From the NCBI RefSeq assembly GCF_001194135.2, contig NC_068999.1, forward strand, positions 2,090,472-2,154,471: DNA of 64,000 nucleotides. Reading direction: 5' to 3'. The position numbers were made by a program, and so were the translations under genes. The DNA is from Octopus bimaculoides (Eukaryota). Under the pieces are notes generated by a model that was not told the DNA's origin, searched no databases, and saw only the letters and a program-made list of their open reading frames with translations. This document shows positions 12,201 through 21,900 of the stretch, in pieces; within the stretch, counting starts at the first letter, position 1; each line of letters starts with the position of its first letter.

Positions 12201-13966
12201 CCTGATTCTTTGCATTTCTCTTGCTTGTAGCTCCCGGAGTGGGTCCGCCAGGTAAGTCTTTCTTCTAACTCTTTTGGTAGTCTTATCCCCACCCACCTTT
12301 TTTTTTTTATTTAACTCTACCCTGTAATGTTTCTAATCCCTCCTCTCTCAAAACTAACGTCTGCATGTTCTGCTGTTTGTCTCTAACCATTCTCCCCACT
12401 TTGTCTTTCTCATTTCATCTCTCTCTCTCTCTCTACTAACAACTGCTGCTGTGAGTTTTCTAAACTGTTTAGTGGTGTACTGTTTGTTTATCAGAACTGA
12501 CCAGTCTTCTAATTAACTTCAGCATCCAACTAACGAGGTGACTGATTCGTCTAATGTCAACTAATCTGGATGGCATTTGTTGTCTACAAAGGCTCCACAT
12601 GAACGCAGTCATATCTTGTTGATGGGGCTTCATTACTAATCTCGCTGTTCTGTTGTGTGGTTGTGAGTCTGTCTGTCTGTCCTGTTACATGTTAATAAAA
12701 CTGCTGTTTTGTCCCTGGTCTTTGCTTAGTCAACACTGAACAAGCAGACTATTGATCAAAATCATTCCAACCATGACCATCCTGTGTAAACATTTAGAAC
12801 TCCAATATGATTGTCATTTTGAGATGGAGTGTGGTTTGAGGGAGATTTCTTTTACACTGGGTCTACAGGGACCAGCGATTTTGAATTGAACAAGTTTAGG
12901 CATTTCTGGTGACCTCACTTCGTATTATCTTTATTTAATAAACCTCCACACTCATGCATATCTGCTTTCACATAAATCAGCAAAATCCTTTGGCATTAGA
13001 CTGTGGCCATGAAACTTCTTCCCACACAGTCGCCCCTGTACCTATAGCATTGTGTAATAGTTTTTCTGGGGTACCTGGATATAAGTGTTTTGGGTTGAAT
13101 TGATTTATTTCCTTTCTGTAGAAAAGGGTTTTTGCCTCCCGTGCTAGTATGGATTAAACAAATGAGGAAAGATGCCCTCCTAAGAGGTCACCCACGTTTG
13201 ATGGCCTGTAAGAATCACCCTACCCCCACACCTCAGAATTACCCTGGGTCTTCAAAGCTGGACAGTATATAAGCTAATTTTTGTCCCTGGCACTCCATGT
13301 CTTTTGTGCCATCAAACACGGTAGTTGCCATGTTATTTCACAACAGAGAGGAGAAAAATAGTTGATCTGACTTCTCTTGGTGATATTTTTTTACCAATTT
13401 CAGGCTAAAATTGGTTAATTTCAAATTAACCCTTTTTAAACCTTTTTTTTTTTTTGATATTCAGCTTTTACCTTGTTAAATGTTCTGCTTGTCTATTCAC
13501 TTAGCTTCGAAATAATCCTGCAATATTTTGTGAATAATGAGATTGTTTTTAGAATGTTGTCAGGATAGGTGTGAGGGGCCAGTTTGAACATGGTTTGGGT
13601 GTGCCCAATTTAAAATGCTGATTATAGGTTAATGTAAAATGGTGTGTTTCCCAACTCCTTTTTGACATTCTGGTTGTCCAGTGATATTAACCTTGTCTTC
13701 TTGACCCTATGAACTGTTGTTTCATGTTAACTGTTTCTTAGTGTTAACATTAGTGAACGTTGTCGTTCACTGCACTGTTTATAGGCAAATTGGTAGACTA
13801 TATAAGTAGGCATTGTAGTAATTGGCAGTTGTGGAAATTATTAGTCTGAAACCATCCTTCACAGCAGCAACATTTGTAGCACATCTCTAAACCAACATTT
13901 AATGAGGTTCATCTTTGTGGGGTCCCCCTACTTAACTGTCACATTCCCCATTTTCATCGCTCTCTC

Positions 13967-14010
<44 letters not shown>

Positions 14011-16834
14011 ATGTTCTTGCATGTCTCATTTTATGTATCTATCTCTGTCTTTCTCTCTCTCTCAATACTAACCCACTTTCATGTATTTTTTTTTAGATTC
14101 ATTCCTTCATTTTTCATTTAAAACCAAGACTTTACAATTCCAATTCAGAAATTTAAAATCAATCTACAATTATTTATATTTAAATAAATTATTTTTGTAA
14201 ATTGTAAAGCTTATTGCAAACATTTTATTAGGAACAGCCCTGCTTCATCATCACTTTTAGCAAAATTCTAAATGATTAATAATAATAATAATAATAAAGT
14301 GTGAAGTGACAACAGAGGTGTTAAACGACAACGGCTGCTGCTGCGGTTACAACTAAACTCAAAAGGTGTGGTTTCTTCACTGAAGCAGGGACTAATGTAG
14401 TCAAATTAATTGTGTTGCTTTTTTTGTTCTATCAGCTGTACCGATGTCTGGCTTTGGTTTGACTGCTGCAGGTATGGGTGCTGCACGGCTCAGTATGCCC
14501 TTACAATCTCAAGCTGGTAACTGTGTGCTCTTGGTTTCCAATCTGGATGAAGAGGTATGTGCCTTTTGTTTATCTAATACGTATATTGTCTAGTTTATAC
14601 CCTGACATCTATACAGAAGAAAGAAATAAAAAATAAAAAACAATGTATCTGGACAGAAAGACTGGGGTATTTTATGGTCTACCACCACCTCTCCATTCGC
14701 AGGCCTCTCTCCATTCTGCGACCTATCTGCCTGCGTCATCTTCCTTCCATTTTCTAATTTCACTGCATCGTTTGAGTGGAACAACTTCCCACACAATGGC
14801 TGCCCACAAGTGTTTTGCTGTTTGACCAGGAATTCTTCTTTTTTTTTTTTCTTTCATTTTTAGACTTTTAGAATTTGTTTCTTGCTCTGGTTCCTTCGGA
14901 GACCCTTTTTACTACCAAAAAAGATATTTTCGTTGTGAAGGCTTTCTTTTTATCTCCTTCTCCCCCGACCCCCAATCCATGTGCTCCTCTGCCTAACAAA
15001 CTCATGATGGATCAAGATTGGTTTTGGATATGGTGCTAACTGAAAACTTCTTGTTGTGTCTTCCAAACACTGTCTGTAGAAAGCTCCTCCTCCGACATAA
15101 CACCTAACGGTTACAGGCTGGGGCAGGATTTCTCATTTTCTTCGATGTATCATCTCATGAGAAACAATTCCTCTACTTTTCAACAATTTCCTCCTACTTT
15201 GGTCCACCAATTCTTTATCTTTGTCTGCTGGAGCCACCCAAACCTCTGACCATTATTGCTGTGGTTTCTTGACCCCAGTCTCTTGTACATCAGCTGGCTC
15301 TGTCCACATCTGACCATCTCTCACAAAACTTCAATTCCTTACAAATAACATTTGGTTCTCTTAAATACCTTTTCCCCTACCCCCATCTTTTTTTTTTTTT
15401 TTTTTCAAAATTTTAATCAAATGTTCCCTCCTCCTCCAATACTTCGTTATGCATGCTTCCTCATTAGCATGTCTTTTTTTTTCCCCCCCTCTCTCTCTCT
15501 CTCCCCCACTCTCCTCCCACTAATTTACCCACCTCTTCTCTCTCTCTCTCTCTCTCTCTCCTATACTGATGCTACTGCTACACTAGCTACCCAGCTAACC
15601 CTAACCACCCTTGATCAGCCACTGCTGCCTGTACCACACTGTATTCATTGATATTGTTGTTCTTGCTCTTTTTTCAGAGTTTATATTCTTCATTTACACA
15701 CTCATGTATCAACAACACTGATTTGTTCCTATTTTCTCTTTTTTTTTTTTTCTTTTTTTTTTTTTTCCGTCCCAACTTACTTCGCTGGTGTTCCTCCACA
15801 TGGACTATCTATCGCTCGCTCGGACACTGATCTCACCCTATCTTCCGCTCTGCTATACTCCTGTTCCTATGACTCTAGATGGTCACGCCCGACGTTCTTT
15901 TTACCCTTTTTGGTATGTTTTTAAGCACTCTTTTATTTCATTTGACAATTTATATAGAAACTTAGAAAAGCTAAGTGACATTTTATTTAATGTTCTGTCT
16001 TTTAACACCAAGAGATGTGCTGCTGCCGCTGCCACTGCTGCTACCTGACTGAGTCTCTATTGTGTCCAGCTCTATTCTTTAGTGCCAACTAACTTAACCA
16101 AACCTTCTCCAAGATCACTCACTTCAGCTTCTTCTAAATTAATAACCTGTCTTGAAACCAATTACTTCCATCATGCTTTATTTATTTATATATTTTTTTA
16201 TTGTTTTTAGTTGTTTTTTTTTTTTAATTAATTAATTTCTGACCCATCCCCTTCCCCCTTTTCATCTTTCTCTCTCTTTCTCCTTCTCTCTCCTGACAAC
16301 AGGTGAGGTGTTCAGTGTTTGATTATTTTCCAAGATAGCCTAAAGAACCGTTTTTTTAATAAAGTATGATGGTTACTTCTTCCGAGGGCTGTGTGGGTTT
16401 TCATACATAAGTTACACTCAAAGATTACCTTTTTTTTTTTTTTCTCTCTCGTCTCTTCCTTCTTCCCCTCCTCAGGTAAGTGGTGGTGGAGACCCTGGCT
16501 GTGTCAGGAGGTTCAGTCAGGTATTAATATGGTCCGCTCCACTCAAAATACGCATGCTCTTCAGATAGCGCAGATATTATCTAACACAACACACATCCAT
16601 CCAATTTTGGTTTTGTTAATGGTCCATCCAATTTCCATTCCCAAAACTCGACCATTGGGCATTTTTAATCAGAAATTATGCAGAACCTCTTTAGAACAGC
16701 ATTGATTATTGTCATATTCAAAACTTATTTTGGCACCTTCCATTTTCACATTGTTTTTGAGCGTTCACAACATGTTTTACTTATTTTACATAATTTGCTA
16801 ATTCACTCTACACTCCATGTTGACATGTAAACAG

Positions 16835-16869
<35 letters not shown>

Positions 16870-18941
16870 GCAATGCAGGCTCCTTGAAACCTAATTTGGG
16901 CCACATTTTTTAAAGAAAGAGACTGGCCCCTGTTGGCACAAGAACAAATTTGTCCTTCCTTGTTAAGGCCAAAGCACTACAGTATGGTGCAGGGTGGGGG
17001 TGTAGTCGATGGCATTGTGTAAGTTCCCTGTTAAGGTTGTTCATATTGTAAGGTGTTAGACTAAATGGAAGACAGGGTTTTGGCTACTAAGACCCAGTCT
17101 TCAACAAATCTAGTTTGGTTACTTGGTTTTTACTCCACTCTTAGTACATGTTGTGCTTTTTCTTTTACTAGGTGTGTACGGTGATGTGCAACGCGTGAAA
17201 ATCCTTTTCAACAAGAAGGATAATGCACTGGTACAAATGGCAGAGCCTCACCATGCTCAATTAGGTAAGTTCTCTCCCCACCTCACTCTATATTTGGCTG
17301 TTCCATTTGTAATTTATCGACTTGAATCCTTTCCGATTCCCCACGCAAAAGCCTCTAATGCTTTTTTTATTCTCTCTTTCAGCCAAAACTTACCTGGATA
17401 AGCTGACTTTGTATGGCAAACAGATCAGGGTGGCTCCCTCCAAACACACAGTGGTCCAGATGCCCAAGGAAGGCCAGCAGGTAGCAAATATCTATCTGTT
17501 GGCTTTGATGGATTTTACTTGAAATTTGAATTTTAATCGGTTTTGTTTTTTCTTGTATCATTCTGCTATTGCTTGGTTCTATTTGCAGGATTCCGGCTTA
17601 ACAAGAGACTACACAAATTCCCCACTCCACAGATTCAAGCGACCTGGCTCGAAGAACTGTCAGAATATATTTCCCCCCTCAGCAGTTTTGCATTTATCTA
17701 ACATTCCGTGAGTATCACCAGACCCCCACTTCTTCCTGCTACATTCCTCTGCTTCAATATTTCAGTTCTGCTCCTGTTTTGCTCTATTCGTTAATGTCTT
17801 TCATTTTACCGTCTTCAGATCTAATGTTCCTGAAGAACAGCTCAAAGATATGTTTGCTGAATATGGCACTGTAAAAGGGTTCAAATTCTTTCCGTAAGTA
17901 TTTCGTTTTTTTTTTTTTTCTCTCTTTATTTCTGAAGGCTGGGCTGTGTGGTTAAGAAGTTCACTGCACTGCACCTTGGCCAAGTGTCGTCTCTAATAGT
18001 TGTGGGCCAACCAAAGCCTTGGCAGTGGGGATTTGGTGAGCAGGAACCTAAGGATCTTTCTATGTATGTGTTTGTGCCTGTATCTATTTCCATTGGCATG
18101 TGACTTAGTGGTTAGCTCACAATTGTAAGATCGTGGGGTCAAATCCTCACATTGCTCCAGTCCACTCAACTGGCCAAAATGTGTTGTACCTGTAATTGCC
18201 ACGCTTCATGTAGTTGTGCTGAATCTTTTTTGAGAACTACATTTGGTTGGGCTGAGAGATAATGCATAATTCAAAACACTTAAGAGTCATATCAATGTTA
18301 TAGGATTAAATGCAGGAGTTAACTCATCGATAAAAGTATTTATAAATTATTTTTTCTTTTTCTTCTTATAGGAAAGACAGGAAAATGGCCCTCATCCAAA
18401 TGGGATCCATTGAAGAAGCTGTGAAAGCTCTTATTGTAAGTATTTGTTTGCCCTTAACGTGGTTCATGCTATGACAAACTCTTTCAAACCAGATTACAGT
18501 GTGTCCGTATCTTACCCCTCCTAACCATGGGGGCTCAGGGGCTGATGTAGAACTCTATTCTTGTTCTACAGAATCCTTGTGGATACAACATGTAGCTAGT
18601 GCTCATGTAGAATAGTAGTTAAGCAAGAAACCTTTAACAAGCTAATCTTGTCCCTAAATATATACACTGCTGAAATCGGAGTGCCATCAAATGCAGTGTG
18701 TTGGTCACTGAATGCACAGCTCTCTTTTCTCTTCTCCTTTCTTCCCTCCCCCTCAAAAACCTTTGACATGGTCCCACTAAAACAACACCAAACTTAATCA
18801 TTGGTTTAATTCTAGAAATCCTAACCAAATGCTTTTTTTCTTTCTTTTTTCCCTCTTTCTCTCTCTTTGCAGTGCCTCCACAACTATCCTTTGAGTGAAA
18901 GCAATCATTTGCGTGTTTCATTTTCCAAGTCGACGATTTGA
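91..18941 (+). CDS. PTBP1: Polypyrimidine tract-binding protein (PTB/hnRNP I, four RRMs), spliced: join(91-252,6421-6525,7380-7529,7692-7838,8643-8774,8881-8932,9069-9127,9820-9982,12231-12251,14436-14554,15879-15912,17172-17264,17383-17480,17589-17707,17819-17893,18372-18435,18873-18941), 553 aa
   Basis: All introns are GT-AG with compatible phases, total 1662 nt. The translation contains PTB hallmarks: KRGSEEL; [10 protein letters not shown]...KNQAFMEF...[11 protein letters not shown] (RRM1); [41 protein letters not shown] (RRM2); VLLVSNL...[28 protein letters not shown] (RRM3); [30 protein letters not shown]...[11 protein letters not shown] (RRM4). The choice of first exon and linker exons is less certain. 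Confidence 0.96.
1385..1500 (+). mobile_element. Decayed tRNA-derived SINE head (octopus-type)
   Basis: catggctatgtggttaag...aaccacgtggtaccaggttc...gcaccttgggcaa, similar to the copy at 29116. Confidence 0.6.
2360..2625. mobile_element. Decayed SINE remnants
   Basis: taccagttgtgtactggg...ctggcaccagaatttgaa and gaccttggcagaatttgaactc, matching the family at 40053. Confidence 0.5.
4088..4230 (-). mobile_element. Decayed tRNA-derived SINE head, reverse orientation
   Basis: Reverse complement of ggcgtggctgtgtggtaagaagcttg...ccaggttcagtcc...ggcaagtgccttctac. Confidence 0.7.
6421..6525 (+). CDS. PTBP1: PTB exon [10 protein letters not shown]...NNDAKK
   Basis: tttattacag| acceptor, AAG|gtaagg donor, phase 0-0. 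Matches the PTB N-terminal RGSDEL...KK segment. Confidence 0.93.
7380..7529 (+). CDS. PTBP1: PTB exon, RRM1 first half
   Basis: ttgtag| VKLEQ...[10 protein letters not shown]...LKQKNQ |gtacgc. Confidence 0.96.
7692..7838 (+). CDS. PTBP1: PTB exon, RRM1 second half
   Basis: ctgtag| [10 protein letters not shown]...[18 protein letters not shown] |gtgagt. Confidence 0.96.
8643..8774 (+). CDS. PTBP1: PTB exon, RRM1-RRM2 linker and start of RRM2
   Basis: ttttcag| [13 protein letters not shown]...[20 protein letters not shown] |gtaaag. Confidence 0.96.
8881..8932 (+). CDS. PTBP1: PTB exon, RRM2
   Basis: ttttcag| [17 protein letters not shown] |gtgagt, phase 0-1. Confidence 0.96.
9069..9127 (+). 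CDS. PTBP1: PTB exon, RRM2
   Basis: cttcatag| (N)[19 protein letters not shown] |gtaagt, phase 1-0. Confidence 0.96.
9820..9982 (+). CDS. PTBP1: PTB exon, end of RRM2
   Basis: cttgtag| [20 protein letters not shown]...DQALTF |gtaagt, phase 0-1. Confidence 0.97.
11330..11404 (+). CDS. PTBP1: Candidate alternative PTB RRM2-RRM3 linker exon ([25 protein letters not shown]); 3' boundary uncertain
   Basis: tattgcag| acceptor in the required phase 1, with Ala/Pro/Gly-rich sequence like PTB linkers. Only weak phase-1 donors are present (gtgccg, gtcagc, gtgctg, gtagtg). The frame stays open to a TAA ending at 11508. Confidence 0.5.
12231..12251 (+). CDS. PTBP1: PTB 21-nt microexon (APGVGPP)
   Basis: Pyrimidine-rich ttgcttgtag| acceptor, CAG|gtaagt donor, phase 1-1. 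FAPGV resembles vertebrate FGAPG. Confidence 0.85.
12353..12640 (+). promoter_or_regulatory. Cluster of ACTAAY (Quaking/How-type) motifs plus TGCATG downstream of the 21-nt microexon
   Basis: ACTAAC at 12353, 12435 and 12529; ACTAAT at 12560 and 12635; TGCATG at 12362. Confidence 0.55.
14436..14554 (+). CDS. PTBP1: PTB exon, linker and start of RRM3
   Basis: atcag| AVPMSGFGL...[13 protein letters not shown] |gtatgt, phase 1-0. Confidence 0.95.
15879..15912 (+). CDS. PTBP1: PTB 34-nt exon ([12 protein letters not shown]), counterpart of PTBP1 exon 11 / PTBP2 exon 10
   Basis: ctctag|ATGGTCACGCCCGACGTTCTTTTTACCCTTTTTG|gtatgt. It is 34 nt, phase 0-1, and required for RRM3 continuity. Confidence 0.95.
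17172..17264 (+). CDS. PTBP1: PTB exon, RRM3
   Basis: tactag| [31 protein letters not shown] |gtaagt. Confidence 0.97.
17383..17480 (+). CDS. PTBP1: PTB exon, RRM3
   Basis: ctttcag| AKTYLDKL...[14 protein letters not shown] |gtagca. Confidence 0.96.
17589..17707 (+). CDS. PTBP1: PTB exon, RRM3-RRM4 linker
   Basis: ttgcag| [23 protein letters not shown]...LHLSNIP |gtgagt. Confidence 0.97.
17819..17893 (+). CDS. PTBP1: PTB exon, RRM4
   Basis: cttcag| [25 protein letters not shown] |gtaagt, phase 2-2. Confidence 0.96.
17933..18260 (+). mobile_element. Two adjacent decayed SINE fragments in a PTB intron
   Basis: gctgtgtggttaagaagtt...caccttggccaagtg...ccaaagcctt, then ttgctccagtccactcaactggc...gagaactac (shared with the 57925 family). 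Confidence 0.6.
18372..18435 (+). CDS. PTBP1: PTB exon, RRM4
   Basis: ttatag| [21 protein letters not shown] |gtaagt, phase 2-0. Confidence 0.96.
18873..18941 (+). CDS. PTBP1: PTB last coding exon
   Basis: ctttgcag| [25 protein letters not shown] at 18939-18941. Confidence 0.97.
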   Translation, partial: CLHNYPLSESNHLRVSFSKSTI

Positions 18942-21900
18942 GGCTCTGAGGGTGGTTGTTGCGAGTGGCAGATGGAGCAGAGTGGTGCCATCACCCCAGC
19001 AGCTGTTGAGCCCAGGATTTGTGCCACTGCACTACAGCAGAAACATGACCAAGAAGAGCCACCAGAAGCAGCACTTGTAAAACAAACACATTTGCCAGTG
19101 CTCTTACACACACACACATAAATACACAAACACAACCACACACACACACGCACATATACATGTATACGCCATTTTCATACCACAGACCTGTCCTCATTTG
19201 TTTGCTTGCTCACTTAAAAGTTTTCCACTTTGCTGTGAAATTAATCTAGCTGATAAGTGCCTTGTTGAATCCAAGGATTTGCCCCTCCCCTCCAAAAAGA
19301 AAATATTATAAANNNNNNNNNNNNNNNNNNNNNNNNNNNNNNNNNNNNNNNNNNNNNNNNNNNNNNNNNNNNNNNNNNNNNNNNNNNNNNNNNNNNNNNN
19401 NNNNNNNNNNNNNNNNNNNNNNNNNNNNNNNNNNNNNNNNNNNNNNNNNNNNNNNNNNNNNNNNNNNNNNNNNNNNNNNNNNNNNNNNNNNNNNNNNNNN
19501 NNNNNNNNNNNNNNNNNNNNNNNNNNNNNNNNNNNNNNNNNNNNNNNNNNNNNNNNNNNNNNNNNNNNNNNNNNNNNNNNNNNNNNNNNNNNNNNNNNNN
19601 NNNNNNNNNNNNNNNNNNNNNNNNNNNNNNNNNNNNNNNNNNNNNNNNNNNNNNNNNNNNNNNNNNNNNNNNNNNNNNNNNNNNNNNNNNNNNNNNNNNN
19701 NNNNNNNNNNNNNNNNNNNNNNNNNNNNNNNNNNNNNNNNNNNNNNNNNNNNNNNNNNNNNNNNNNNNNNNNNNNNNNNNNNNNNNNNNNNNNNNNNNNN
19801 NNNNNNNNNNNNNNNNNNNNNNNNNNNNNNNNNNNNNNNNNNNNNNNNNNNNNNNNNNNNNNNNNNNNNNNNNNNNNNNNNNNNNNNNNNNNNNNNNNNN
19901 NNNNNNNNNNNNNNNNNNNNNNNNNNNNNNNNNNNNNNNNNNNNNNNNNNNNNNNNNNNNNNNNNNNNNNNNATTCTGGTGTTCATCCCATTATTAATCC
20001 TCAAAAGTCTTAAAATATATTTTAATAAAAAGATGTCAACCAGCTAATTTGATAGTACAGCTTGTTCAGTGGTAGATGGCGGAGAATGGCTTAAGACAAC
20101 AATGATGATGACGATGATGATGTTAATGGTTTTAATCATTAATTAGGCAAGTTTGGTTGGTGAAGTGGAGAGCCACTCTGTTCTTGTGTGTGCAGTTTAG
20201 TTTGGTGAGGGCTTCAAAGGTTTTTGAAAATAAAAAGAGGATTTTTTTTTTTTTTTTTTTTTTTCCTAGGCTTGATAAAAAAAACAAAATTATCTAGGTT
20301 TTGCTGCCTCCAAGAATTAAAGTTCTGTTAACATATTATGTAGGTAAGTCCTCAAGATTTGGGTAGGAATTTGTTGGGGGTGGGGGGCTCCCATACCCTA
20401 GTTGGGGTCTGCACTCCCTCCCCTTTTGTTTTTGTTTTTTCCCTTATCTACTTTTTCTTCTCTCTCTCAGACTGGCCTGCTCTTGGACAAGATTAACTGT
20501 GGCCTTTGTGTGTCTTAGTTGCTATAGAAGAGGCGAAACCACTTTTATCAGAATGGCCTGCCATTTTCAGTGAGGATGATTTAGTGTTCCAGCTCGGCAC
20601 CGCCCTGCCCGTACCCCCCGTTCCCTTTCTTTGGAGTGAATGTTGATGGCTTTGTGTGGAGTTACTAACTTTTGGGAAGAATAGACCCAGCTTATGGATT
20701 TTTTTTTTTTACCTGATTTCAAATATTTGCTTTTCGTTTGTCCACATTTTCTTGCCTGCAATTCTTGCACCTGTCCCCCTGCCCCTAACCTTGCAGTTTC
20801 ACTCTCCGCTTTGCACTGTGCCATCTAAGCCCTCCTCCTCCCCCCACACCCTCTCACACAGTGCTGTTGCTTTACATGTTTGGAACAGTCATCACTTTTA
20901 ACAAACAAAAGAGGATAAGTCTACCTTTGTTGAATGTAGTCAATAGCTTGGCTTTAGGTTCAGTTCTCGCTATTTCTTACTACCCATTATCATATACGTG
21001 TGTGTGTATGCATATATATATATATACATGTATATAATAAATTGGCTTGTGGATATTAAGATGTAAAAAGATGCTACCATCATGTGGTGATTTTCTTTGT
21101 GCTTTATAATCCTCTCCATCTACTGACCACCACTTTGATGCTCAATATATTGGCTTTTGTTTGGTGCTGGTAGGGCTTTATCCCAAGCTAGGTTGACATA
21201 GAAGAAAATATTGATGGTTATTTTTAGGTCGTCTGTTGTGTGCGATTTGCAAGCTCGGTCTGCATCGGCCGTTAGAACTTGTAGCGGTGAGGATGACAGC
21301 AGAAACTGGTTTCGAATCTTGTGCACATTCTTATATTCACAGCCAAGTCTCAAACTTTGTGGGTCTTTGAAGTTCTTCCCCTTGTTAGCTTATCATAGTT
21401 TGAAAAAGAGAGAGAGTGAGAAAGAAAGAAAGAGAGAGAGAATTTTCAAACCCCATTGGTTCTGCTTCCCCAGTTTGGCAGCCCTAGTTGTAATTTTATA
21501 CTTCATCCTATTTTTGCATTATCAAGTATTTGAAATCGCAGGCCTTGTTGGGGTTTGTATAAATATTAAAATATAAAATATAATATATATATATTTTTGC
21601 AATTTGAGAGTCTATCTTGTAGAAGATTTTAAAAGAAAGAATTTAACCAAAAAATTTTAAAATGGAAACTTATATGTATAAAAAAAAAAACTTGAAAATC
21701 TTTTTAAAAAAATAATCTAAATATATATATATATCTGTATACATTAAAAAAATTGAATATTTGAGTGAAAGTGAGGGAAATGGAGATGTTTGATTGGGAT
21801 TGTGTGTGTGATTCTATTCGATATTGTTACCACCATTGGCCATATCTGACTCAAAAGATAGGCTTTCTACCATTCCACATCCTACCATTACCACTGGGTC

